DNA from: Azolla caroliniana | Lineage: Eukaryota; Plantae; Polypodiophyta | Direction of reading: 5' to 3' | Assembly: GCA_043228905.1 (NCBI GenBank) | Contig: JBHGNT010000007.1 | Span: 17,112,001 to 17,176,000, forward strand | DNA length: 64,000 bases | In this document: positions 25,401-36,774 of the stretch, piece by piece | Position numbering within the stretch: position 1 is the stretch's first letter | Layout of the letters: each line of letters begins with the position of its first letter | Program-made: the position numbers and the translations under genes | The notes under the pieces: model-generated | Told to the model about the DNA's origin: nothing | Database searches by the model: none | What the model saw: the letters and a program-made list of their open reading frames with translations, nothing else

Positions 25401-28400
25401 CAGTTTGGTAAAACACAAGAAACACAAAAATGGAGAGGGAGAGGGAGAGGGAGAGACAGAGCAGACAACTCAGTTCTATTTCAAAATAATGACGCTCTAT
25501 ACATTCTTCATGCTCAGTGAGCACCTTTTATACAAGCCCTAACTATCGGGCTGACACAAGTACTGATAGTACTTAACTGCTCATAAATGAGCCTACTACA
25601 CTAACTCCCAAAATTATTCCTCACGAGGAATACCATACTAACGGCCTTTTGGTTTATGTATCGATACGGCCACGTTATGCGTACTGTGTTACGCACCCAG
25701 TTTACGCACTGGGTTACACACTGTATTACGCACCCAATGTTGAGCTTGTCACTCAACACTCCCCCTCAAGCTCAACTTGAGGTTCCGTCTACTCTTCCGG
25801 ATCTACGCTCTGGTTCCTTCTGGCTTCATGCCTCGCTCGCGCTCCTCAACCCGTTCGATTTCGTGCGCTTCGACCCTTCCGGTCGGCTTGTCTGCTCATT
25901 CGGCCCTTCTCAGCTCCCTTGCTGTCACGGTGTTGGTGTGTCCGTTGCTGCCCCTTTCTTTTCTTTTTTCGCTTGGCCCTCATTCAATTTGTAATAACCG
26001 AATCGAACATTTCGATTGAATTGGTCTCTTCCGATTCAATTCCACTTACATCTGAATTGGCTATCTCCAATTCATCTTCAATCTTTAGGCCTTTGACAAT
26101 GACAAACCAAGTCTTGGTTTTGGCCTTACCTTCCCCTGATTCGGTTGTCCTCGGTTCTTCCCTACGATTACGGCCCTTGCTCTCTTCTTCAGCTTCTTCA
26201 ACCAGTTTGAAATCGAATTCTTCGTCTGATTCCTCATCATGGTCACTTCCGCCGTGATGAACACCTCCGCTCCTTTCACGCTCTTGTTCCTGTTCTTCCT
26301 TTCTCCCCCTCAAGTTCGGCGTGTCGAGGTGACGCAACCCTAGCTCACCCAAGAAATGTCGTAACTTGTCAAGACCAAGAGGCATGGTGAAGATGTCGGC
26401 AACTTGCCAATCCGTCAGAACATATGCTAGTTCAACTTCACCTGAAAGGACCCGCTCGAGGACAAAATGGTAATGCACCTCAATGTGCTTGGTCCGGGCG
26501 TGGAATACAGGGTTTTTCACAAGGTGGATACTGCTAAGCTTTTCACAATAGATCATCACCAGATTGGACACCTCCACATGCAAATCCCATAATAGTTGTT
26601 TCAGCCAAATGACTTCACACATAGCGATAGTCACCCCTCGATATTCGGCCTCCATGCTCGACAATGCTACTGTCAGTTGCTTCTTACTGCTCCACGCGAT
26701 CGCCGCACTTCCTAATGAGAAGGCGTATTCAGATGTGGATCTACGATCACTAGCGTTTCCGGCCCAATCGACATCCGTGTAGCCAACCAATTGTTCGGCT
26801 ACACCTACCCGATACAACAACGTCATGTCTTTCGTGCCGCTGACATATCGCAATATCCTTTGTGTGCAGTGAAAGTGTTCGGCCATAGGCTGCGACATAA
26901 ATTGACTGATTAAGCCGATCGGGTAGCTGAGATCCGGCCAAGTAATTGTCAAATAGATGAGGCTTCCGATAATTTGTCGAAACCGTGTCGAGTTGCACGC
27001 CTTTCCCGAATCTCGGCGAAGCTTTACGTTTCAGTCCAGAGGGGTCAAGATGGGCTTACAATTTGCCATCCCGAACTTGAAGAGCATATTCAGCGTGTAA
27101 TGACCTTGGCTGATCAATATGCCTTCGGGGGTACGGATCACTTCGATCCCGAGGAAGTAATGAAGGTCTCCAAGATCCTTCATTTTGAATGATTCCACAA
27201 GCTGAGACTTTATGCGGCGGATTTCGTCCAAGTCGGCACTGGCGATGACTAAATCATCAACATACAGTAGAAGGCTAACCAGTCCAGATTGACCTTGCCG
27301 AACAAATAGTGAAGAGTCTGATTTCGACATCGTAAACCCCATCCGAGCTCATGGGGTTTGCTTAAGTCCGTATAGTGCCTTCTTCAGTCGGCAAACTGCC
27401 GAAGTGTTTCGTTTAGATAGAAAACCGGGGTGTTGTACAATGTACACCTATTCCTCAAGATCACCTTGTAGGAACGCGTACTTTACATCCATTTGATGTA
27501 AGTGCCACCCCTTTGTTGCAGCTACAACTAGCAGAACCCGCACGGTAGTCATCTTCGCAACAAGCGCGAAGGTCTCATCGTAGTCCACGTCGTGCTTCTG
27601 CATGTAGCCTTTCGCCACTAAGCGAGCCTTGTATCGATTGAATCAGCTGTTGGTATTGTATTTCACTTTATACACCGACCTACATCCGATCGACTTTACA
27701 TCCTTGGGTGCGTCAACCAGGTACCAAGTCTCATTATCAGTCAAAGTGCGCATCTCTTCCTCCATCGCGGCACGACAGTTCATGTCTTTCGCTTCTTCTG
27801 TGTAGCTCTCCGGCTCACGCATTTCCGCCACTCGCATCATGTACTCACTATACCTGTATCTCTTTACGAGGTTCTTGAGGCGGGTAGATCGGTGTAATTC
27901 GTGATTACCCGATTTCACGACCTTTTCAGCTACTGTCGACCTCTTCCGTGGAGGTTCCTTTTCAGTTTGCCCATAGTCAGACTCACTCCGATCTAACTCG
28001 GCACTGCTCCATTCGCAGAAGTCTGATTCTGCAGGTAGACAGCCATCCTCACTGCTTCAGCCCAATAGAATTTCGGCATATACTTCTCTTCAGGCGTTGC
28101 TCTGGCTGCTTCTTCAATTGTCCGATTCTTTCGCTCGGCCATGCCGTTCTGCTACGGCGTGTAAAAACACGAGAATTCGCGTCGAATTCCGTCCTTCTGT
28201 AGATAACTTGTGAACTGGTCGGAGAAGTACTCCTTCCTACCAATCTGACCGTAGGCATTTGATCTTACGCCCTGTTTCCCTTTCCACAAGGCTCTTCACC
28301 TTCACGAAACATGCGAAGACTTCGCTCTTCTTTGCGATCGTGCATACCCACATGTGCCGAGTGAAGTCATCGATGAAGGTTACAAAGTAACGGCGTCCAC

Positions 28401-29693
28401 CGAGACTCACGTTTTGTGCCAGTCCCCACACATCCGAATGGATCAAGTCGAGCAGATTATAGCTCCGATTACGCTCGTTGGGGAATGGAAATCAGTGTTG
28501 TTTACCCATCTGATAGGCTTCACAGACTTGGCTATCATGGCCCCGAAATTTCAGCAAGCTGAAAACAATGTTCTTTGTCTTCATTTCATGAAGCAGTGGG
28601 TAATTTACGTGGCTGAACCGCTTATGCCACAAGTCGATGTCCGACTAGATCTTCTGCCCTTTCGCAAACATAGCGATGCCCACATTGTTGGTTTTGAGGA
28701 TAAACATCCTCCCTTCACGACACCCTTGCTTGATTATCTTGCCTTCCTCTTCTATGAAGCACCCGAGATGCGTGAATCGAACCTGCATTCCCTAGTCGAT
28801 GATCTGACCGACCGACACCAGGTTCTTCGTTATTGTCAGGACGTGCAACATGTTCACGAGTTTCCCTTTTTGCTTGACATGGCTGAGGGGAACTTTGCCG
28901 ACATGTTCAATGGTATGCAGAGTGTTGTCTCCCATTTCGACCACTCCTTGCGATTCCGGTTTCTCCAAGTACGAGAACCATTCCTCGTGACTCGTCATAT
29001 GATTTGACGCTCCGGAATTAACATACCACACCTCGCTTGATTTCGAGGTGGTCAAGACCATAGAATTGGCCTTATGCTTCATTACGAAGGTTGGGCCCGA
29101 TTTGTTTTGAGCTCGTTCAGAGTATTCTACGTAGTGCGATCTTTGACGCCTCTCTACGTCTCTTCGGCTCGATCCGGCTTTGTCCGAATCGGCTCTCTTT
29201 TTCCAGCAGTCGTTCTCATTGTGGCCTTTCTTGCCACAATACCAGCATTCCAACACGGCCTTCACTTGCCGGCTTCCGGCGCCGCCATGACTCCCCCTAC
29301 TTGTGGAGGGTCCGGAACTGCTGTCGGCATTTCAATTATGCCGCGTTATTCTACTCTTGTCGGCTGCCTCCATTGCACGCCGATCCGCCTCGTTCACCAC
29401 AACCACGGGGCCTATCTTCCTCCGTGTACAACATCTTGCCGTTGGTGTGCTCACTCGTCGACGCACCCGCGTGATTTTCCTCCACGAGAAAAATTGACTG
29501 AAGCTTGAAGAATGAAGGCGTATTCTCCCTCGTACAGACCGCCGTTCGGAAGACTCCGAACCTAGACGCTAGCCCACCAAGGCAAACTTGCACCATTTCA
29601 TCGTCCTCAACATTCACGTTGACAGAGGCAAGAGAATCGCAGATTTCCTTGATTCGGGTTGTGTAATCAGCCACATATAGATCTTTCTGCCGG

Positions 29694-30789
29694 TGTCGTG
29701 GCGTGGCTCGTCCAGAAGCATAACGTTGCACAGACAAAAGATAATGTGAAAGTGAGGAAAGAATCACTGGGATTATGGACGGAAGAGACGAAAGAGTAGA
29801 GATAGAGTAAATAGAGATCAACAAGATAAGATATAGAATGATATTTGAAAGGATAAAAGAGATTTATAATTATTTGATGAAAGAGTTTCAAAATGGTTGT
29901 GAACATCATTGATCCTTCGAACTTTGTCTCACAAGGCAACCGCTCTTCTCATTCTTGAGGGTAGATCACAATCTTCCCTTTTAGCTTTTGATGATGGTGA
30001 GACTTGAACCTCCGCCCTTTTTGTAGTGAGTTGAGCACCACGACCGTCAAACTAGTTCTTTTCTTTTATTGTCTTCCTTTTTCTATCTTATGATATCTCT
30101 TATCTAATATAATTCTTTATTTATTTATTGATATATCATACAATATAGTTCTTTGATTTTGATTCCTTCAATATCCCTTGTGACCATACTCCCTTCTCCT
30201 TTTATAGGGAAGAGATGGTTCTACATGTGGGCCATGTGGCTCACATGCAGAGAGGCTCTTGCATGTGTGCTATATGGTGCACATGCAGAGAGGCTCTTGC
30301 ATGCGTGTTGTATGGTGCACCTGTAGTACATTTCATGGTTTAAACCATATAATAATACAACACATATGTTTTATATACATCACAAGTATAGGTTAAATGG
30401 TAAGATTTGTATGCCATAAGGTTGGGGTTGTTGGTTCAAGTCCTCCTTTGCCCATGTGATATGCTATATGGTGTGCATGTAGTATATTACATGGTTTAGA
30501 CTATAAAATACTACTTCAAATAAAACAACACATATGATCTCTTGTAAATTATTAGTATAGGCTAAATGGTAAGGTTTTAGCGTCATAAGGTGGGGTTTAT
30601 TGTCTCAAGTCCTCTCTCGTCCATGTAATATAACATATATGTATTTTTATCTGCCTCTACATATAATATATAATATTATCATAGTGTGTGTTGTTAATAT
30701 TACCTTTATAAAACATTATCAAGTTATATTTTATTTACATATTTATCTTTTTGTAGACTTTTAATGTGAAGCTTTCGTACTTCACGACA
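29694..30789 (-). mobile_element. Solo LTR (E) inserted in gag of element B
   Basis: Perfect TGTCGTG..CACGACA termini; 4-bp TSD CCGG at 29690-29693 and 30790-30793; TATA-like motif on minus at ~30200. The B gag continues on both sides. Confidence 0.88.
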
Positions 30790-31296
30790 CCGGACATTGC
30801 TGAGCTCTTGCCTGAGCTACAACTTCCTGGCCGTTGTGCTTGCGGTGAAAATCTTTTTGAGATTCGCCCACGCGTCCTTTGGCGTCTTAGCATCCCGAAT
30901 ATAGCTCAATAGTTGGTCGCTCACACAGGATGCAAAGCAGTAGAGAACTCTGCTTGCCGCTTGTTCACAAGCCGAAAAATCTCTGTGTGTCGAATAAGGT
31001 GCTGTATCATTAGCTCCTTCGACATAACTCTAGTAGCTGTGACCGAGCAAGTATTGGTGCATCTTGTACAACCAAGATGTGTAGTTGCTCCTGTCGAGCT
31101 TTTCAGTCGGTAGCGAGCTTCCCATACCTCTATCCATATTGCTATCTTTTTCTTTTTCGGAAAAAAAAAACGAAGGACAACTTCAACTCTGTTTTGTCGC
31201 AAGCTTTTCTTGTCGGCTGCAGAGGACTTCAACCCTCTCGCTCTAATACCATGTAAAAGAATACGTGTGCGAAAGCATATGCGAAACATAGAGTAC

Positions 31297-34200
31297 TGTT
31301 GAACAACAGTGCTCGGCCACAACCGAGGAATAGGATCGATTCACAGAAAACGGGAAATACACGAAATGCACGAAGGCAATAGAGAGAAGAGTACACAGGA
31401 TGTTTTACGTGGAAAACCCTAAATGGGAAAAACCACGGGAGTCCTCAACTCCAACTATCACTATACACAGAGATGTACAATGGTGAAGCTACAAGGCAAC
31501 AACCTTGAGCTCACTGCCTTCGCCACAGGCGGCGGTATTACACAGAGGCGTCGACCTCTTCCTTCCTCTCTCTCTCTCTCTCTCGGCTGCTCTCACTTTG
31601 CTCTCTCTCGGCTGAAAACATAAAAATGAGCAACAACCAACAAACTGTTTGCCCTAAGTCATATTTATACACATATGACTTTCGGGCTATTTACAAATAT
31701 AGCCTCAAGGGCCCTTGGCAAACATATTCACAAATATGTCCCCGCATCTGGATCTCTCTCCGGGTACATACGTCATCCGGCTCCGTAACCGGGGTCTTCA
31801 GCATCCGGCTCCGTAGCCGGGTACTCTTCATCCGGCTTCATGCCGGGTACTCTTCATCATCCGGTTCCGTAACCGGGGTCTTCAGCATCCGGCTCCGTAG
31901 CCGGGTACTCTTCATCCGGCTTCATGCCGGGTACTCTTCATCATCCGGTTCCGTAACAGCCTTCGGGCTTGCCGTCATTCATCTCCGGACATTCCATCCG
32001 GAGGGACCGAAATCCCAACAAACTCCCCCTTCACTTCGGCATGGGATGTCTCTCCAACCCGATCCTCTTCCGGCATGCTTCCAGCTTGTCGGGTGTGAGC
32101 ACCTTGGTCAGCATATCCGACCCGTTCTCGTCCGTGTGGATCTTCGTCAGCACGAACTCCTTGTCTTCTATCCTTTCCCGGATCCAGTGGTATCTACGCT
32201 GGATGTGCTTCGTCCGGGAGTGATAGGCCGCGTTCTTCGCAAGGTGGATGGCACTCTGACTGTCGCAATAGAGTCGGTACTCCTCCTGCTGGATACCGAG
32301 CTCTCTAATGAAGTCCTTCATCCATATTATTTCCTTGCCGGCTTCAACAGCCGCCATGTACTCCGCCTCCGTGGTTGACAACGCAACTGTCTTCTGCAGC
32401 CTCGACTGCCATGAAACAGCTCCCCCTGCATAGGTCATCACATACCCGGATGTAGACCGGCTGGTATCTGCATCAGCCGACATATCCGAATCGGTAAAAC
32501 CGTCAAGTTCGGGCTTACCGGAGCCGAATCGGAGGCACACGTTTGCCGTGCCCTTCAGGTATCGGAGTATCCACTTGACCGCGTTCCAGTGCTCTTTGCC
32601 AGGGTTGCTCATGTACCGGCTCACCACTCCGACTGCATATCCTATGTCCGGTCTCGTACACACCATGGCGTACATCAAGCTCCCGACGGCTGAGGCATAT
32701 GGCACTTTCATCATATCCTCCTTTTCAGCCTTTGTCTTGGGACTTTGCTTGTTGGACAGCTTGCAGTTTGCCGGGAGGGTCGATCCGACCGGTCTTGCTT
32801 CCGACATGTTGAACCGTTTAAGCACCTTTGTCACGTAGTTCTCCTGTGACAGCCACAACTGCTTCTTTCTCCGGTCCCGGATGATGTGCATCCCTAGTAT
32901 TTGCCTCGCCGGACCCAGGTCCTTCATTGAGAAGGTTCGGTGAAGAGCCTTCTTCAGCATCCGTATCTTGACCTGGTCCCGTCCGACGATCAACATGTCG
33001 TCCACGTATAGGAGGAGTATTAGAAAGTCTCCTCCTTCGAACTTCTTCACAAACACGCAGTGGTCGGACTGCGTTTTGCAGTACCCTTCATCGGTCATGA
33101 AGGAGTCAAACTTTCGGTACCACTGCCGGGGAGCCTGCTTCAAACCATAAAGGCTCTTCTTCAACCGGCATACCAAGTGCTCCTTCTCTTTTTTCTCGAA
33201 TCCTTCTGGTTGCTGCATGTATATCTCTTCTTCGAGGTCACCGTGAAGGAATGCCGTCTTCACGTCCATCTGTTCTACCTCGAGATCCATGCTTGCCGCT
33301 ATGCTCAGCACCGTCCGGATAGAGGTCATCTTCACTACCGGGGCAAATATCTCGTCGAAGTCGACGCCCTTCTTCTGCTGGAACCCCTTCACCACGATCC
33401 TGGCTTTGTATCTCGGGGGGTTTCCGGCATCTCCCGGTTTCAGCTTGAACACCCACTTGTTACGGAGTGCCCGTTTTCCTTTCGGCAACTCCACAAGTTC
33501 ATATGTGTGGTTCTCATGCAGGGAATCCATCTCCTCCTGCATGGCACTTAACCACCTGCGGCTATGGGTGTCATGCTTTGCTTCTTCAAAGCTCTCCGGC
33601 TCCCCCTCGTCGGTTAGCAGCACGTGCTCTGGTTCCGGAAATCTCCGGGGGGCCCTTCTCTCTCTTAGAGGATATCTCCGTTCCGGAGCTTCGGTAACCG
33701 GTTCTTCCGATTCTTCTTCATCCGAATCCATTTCGGGATCGGGGCCGGTTCCGGTATCATTTTCATCTTCTTCGGCCGGTTCTGTTTCTTCACCGTCTTC
33801 GGCCGGATCCTCGAGTGCTAACCGGTCCCTTGCCGGTCGGGACTGCTCCTCGTAGAGTTGATCCTCACCGGTCGACTTGGAGCTCTTCATCTTCTTCTCC
33901 GACTCCCAGTCGGCGAGTGTCTTGTCCTCCATGAAGACTATGTCTCGACTCCTGAATATCTTCTTGTCGACCGGGTCCCATACTCGGTAGCCGAACTCGT
34001 CGTCGCCGTATCCGAGGAATATGCATGGCCGGGTCTTTGGATCTAACTTTCCTCTCCGGTCCTTTGCCACATGCACGTATGCGAGACACCCGAACACCTT
34101 CAGATGCCGGTAGGACACTTCCTTACCGGTCCACACTTTCTGCGGCGTGTCTCCGTCCAAAGGTACTGAGGGTGATCTATTTATCACATACGTCGCCGTC

Positions 34201-36774
34201 GACATTGCCTCAGCCCAAAATCCCTTGGGTAATTTCGCATGTGCTAGCATACTCCGGACCCTCTCCATTATGGTCCGGTTCATCCTCTCGGCCAGCCCGT
34301 TCAGTTCCGGCGTCTTCGGCACAGTAAACTCGAGCCGGATTCGCTTCGAGCGACAGTACTCCGTGAACTGCCCCCGGTATTCCCCTCCGTTATCCGCTCG
34401 TATCGCTTTCAGCTTCTTGCCGGATTCCCTTTCCACTCTCGCGTGGAGTTCTTTGAATACGGACAATACTTGGTCCTTTGTCTTCAACGGTGCCGTCCAC
34501 AGCTTCCGGCTATGGTAATCTATGAATGTTACGAAGTATTGGGCTCCGCCATGTGACTTCGTTTCTACCTGACACACATCAGTGTGCACCAACTCCAATG
34601 GTACACTACGTCTCGTCGGTGGCCTTGAGTGGAAGGAGGTTCGGTTCTGCTTACCGGCCAGGCAATCGGTGCACTTCTCCAGGTGCACATGCTTCACTGG
34701 AATAAGGTTGTCTTCTGCAAGCCTCTTCATCCCCTTCTCACTCATGTGACACAGTCTCTTGTGCCACAGCTCACCGGCAGTGTCGGCTGCCACGTTCAGC
34801 TCCTCCGGACATAGCCGGGAATTCATCAGGTACAGTGTGTTGACCTTCCGGGCCCGAGCCACAATCAGGCTCCCTTTGCTGAACTTCATGACACCGTTCC
34901 GGATGCTGCCCGTGTAGCCTTCATCGTCTAGCCTCCCGGCCGAAATCAGGTTCAATCGGACCTCCGGAACGTGTCGAACATCCTTCAGCAGCATCTTGCA
35001 TCCAGTTGATGTCATCAGCCACACGTCTCCTATGCCGGCAATCCGGCATGTACCTTCATTTCCCATCCGGACACAGCCGTGCTCACCGGCTGTGTAGGAT
35101 GAGAAGTATTTCTTCTCCGGGGTCAGGTGGAACGACGCTCCGGAATCGACCACCCAAGTCATTTCTTCACCGGCAAGGTTCAGCTCCCTCTCTTCGGTAA
35201 TGAGCATTATCTCTTCTTCACTTGCCGCGAGTGCCGTCGTTCCTTTCCGGTCCTGCCCTCGCCGATCCGGACCTCTCCGGTCCGTGGCTCCCCGGTATGC
35301 ACCGTTTCTCTCCGGTGACTTCTTCGAATCGGTGTCGTCGGCTCCGTTGTCCTTTCGGTAATGCCGACAATTCTTCCGGAAGTGCCCCGGCTTCCCACAG
35401 TGGAAGCATGTGGGCCTTCCTCTTGACTGCGACCGGGTCCCCGACTTCTCCCGTTTTTGCGGACTCCGGTTCCATTGTCTTCCCCGATCCGATTCGGTAA
35501 GCAGCATCTTCGGATCGGAAACCGGTTCTTTATCTCTCCGACGCGCTTCTTCGTTCAAAATGCTTGTCTTTACCGTTTGTAGAGACAAGTTATCTTCGGT
35601 GCAGGAGGTGCTGAGAGTCACCACCAAGTTCTCCCAGCTTTCCGGCAATGTACACATCAGAATGATGGCTTGCATTGCATCCTCCAACGGGAACTTGATC
35701 GCCGCAAGCTGGTTCACGAATCCCATGAACGTGCTCACGTGTTCCACCATATTCTCGCCGTCCCGGTACTTGAGGTTCACTATCTTCCTCATCAGGGAGG
35801 TCCGGTTCAACGCATTCTTCCTCTCGTAGAGGCCCGACAGCTTCTTCCACATCTCATATGCGTTGGTGTCGTTCGCCACATGTTGTAGGACGCTTACATC
35901 GACATATTGCCGGATCGTCGCTACGGCTTTCCGGTTCAGGAGCTTCCACTCCGACTCTATTACTCCCTTGGGTATCTCGGCATTGTCGATCGGTTCGTAC
36001 AGGTCTCGGACGATGAGAAGGTCTTCCATCTTTATCTTCCAGTCGGCGTAGTTCTGTGAGTTCAACACCATCATGCCCGGAGGCCCACTACCGCCGCCTT
36101 CCATTTTCTGTGTTACCGTCGCTCTGATACCACTTGTTGAACAACAGTGCTCGGCCACAACCGAGGAATAGGATCGATTCACAGAAAACGGGAAATACAC
36201 GAAATGCACGAAGGCAATAGAGAGAAGAGTACACAGGATGTTTTACGTGGAAAACCCTAAATGGGAAAAACCACGGGAGTCCTCAACTCCAACTATCACT
36301 ATACACAGAGATGTACAATGGTGAAGCTACAAGGCAACAACCTTGAGCTCACTGCCTTCGCCACAGGCGGCGGTATTACACAGAGGCGTCGACCTCTTCC
36401 TTCCTCTCTCTCTCTCTCTCTCGGCTGCTCTCACTTTGCTCTCTCTCGGCTGAAAACATAAAAATGAGCAACAACCAACAAACTGTTTGCCCTAAGTCAT
36501 ATTTATACACATATGACTTTCGGGCTATTTACAAATATAGCCTCAAGGGCCCTTGGCAAACATATTCACAAATATGTCCCCGCATCTGGATCTCTCTCCG
36601 GGTACATACGTCATCCGGCTCCGTAACCGGGGTCTTCAGCATCCGGCTCCGTAGCCGGGTACTCTTCATCCGGCTTCATGCCGGGTACTCTTCATCATCC
36701 GGTTCCGTAACAGCCTTCGGGCTTGCCGTCATTCATCTCCGGACATTCCATCCGGAGGGACCGAAATCCCAACA
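31297..36774 (-). mobile_element. Young intact Ty1/copia element C, inserted in the 5' LTR of B
   Basis: LTRs at 31297-32020 and 36135-36774, apparently identical except for one 84-bp repeat unit. TSD AGTAC at 31292-31296 and 36775-36779; Met-i PBS; PPT; uninterrupted ORF. Confidence 0.98.
32031..36104 (-). CDS. Copia gag-pol polyprotein (gag, CCHC knuckle, PR, IN, RT, RNase H), 1357 aa
   Basis: Open frame from MEGGGSG, the first ATG after the PBS. Motifs CFHCGKPGHFRKNC, WVVDSGAS, HTDVC/DNGGEY/E, YVDD and RTKHI. Confidence 0.96.
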   Translation of the reverse strand: MEGGGSGPPGMMVLNSQNYADWKIKMEDLLIVRDLYEPIDNAEIPKGVIESEWKLLNRKAVATIRQYVDVSVLQHVANDTNAYEMWKKLSGLYERKNALNRTSLMRKIVNLKYRDGENMVEHVSTFMGFVNQLAAIKFPLEDAMQAIILMCTLPESWENLVVTLSTSCTEDNLSLQTVKTSILNEEARRRDKEPVSDPKMLLTESDRGRQWNRSPQKREKSGTRSQSRGRPTCFHCGKPGHFRKNCRHYRKDNGADDTDSKKSPERNGAYRGATDRRGPDRRGQDRKGTTALAASEEEIMLITEERELNLAGEEMTWVVDSGASFHLTPEKKYFSSYTAGEHGCVRMGNEGTCRIAGIGDVWLMTSTGCKMLLKDVRHVPEVRLNLISAGRLDDEGYTGSIRNGVMKFSKGSLIVARARKVNTLYLMNSRLCPEELNVAADTAGELWHKRLCHMSEKGMKRLAEDNLIPVKHVHLEKCTDCLAGKQNRTSFHSRPPTRRSVPLELVHTDVCQVETKSHGGAQYFVTFIDYHSRKLWTAPLKTKDQVLSVFKELHARVERESGKKLKAIRADNGGEYRGQFTEYCRSKRIRLEFTVPKTPELNGLAERMNRTIMERVRSMLAHAKLPKGFWAEAMSTATYVINRSPSVPLDGDTPQKVWTGKEVSYRHLKVFGCLAYVHVAKDRRGKLDPKTRPCIFLGYGDDEFGYRVWDPVDKKIFRSRDIVFMEDKTLADWESEKKMKSSKSTGEDQLYEEQSRPARDRLALEDPAEDGEETEPAEEDENDTGTGPDPEMDSDEEESEEPVTEAPERRYPLRERRAPRRFPEPEHVLLTDEGEPESFEEAKHDTHSRRWLSAMQEEMDSLHENHTYELVELPKGKRALRNKWVFKLKPGDAGNPPRYKARIVVKGFQQKKGVDFDEIFAPVVKMTSIRTVLSIAASMDLEVEQMDVKTAFLHGDLEEEIYMQQPEGFEKKEKEHLVCRLKKSLYGLKQAPRQWYRKFDSFMTDEGYCKTQSDHCVFVKKFEGGDFLILLLYVDDMLIVGRDQVKIRMLKKALHRTFSMKDLGPARQILGMHIIRDRRKKQLWLSQENYVTKVLKRFNMSEARPVGSTLPANCKLSNKQSPKTKAEKEDMMKVPYASAVGSLMYAMVCTRPDIGYAVGVVSRYMSNPGKEHWNAVKWILRYLKGTANVCLRFGSGKPELDGFTDSDMSADADTSRSTSGYVMTYAGGAVSWQSRLQKTVALSTTEAEYMAAVEAGKEIIWMKDFIRELGIQQEEYRLYCDSQSAIHLAKNAAYHSRTKHIQRRYHWIRERIEDKEFVLTKIHTDENGSDMLTKVLTPDKLEACRKRIGLERHPMPK

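Noticed and set aside
32548-36051. Many plus-strand ORFs overlapping copia C
   Set aside because: Antisense shadows of a GC-rich intact polyprotein frame.
36105-36209. N-terminal 35 aa of the predicted 1392-aa ORF
   Set aside because: It lies in the LTR U5/PBS; the more plausible start is the ATG at 36104.
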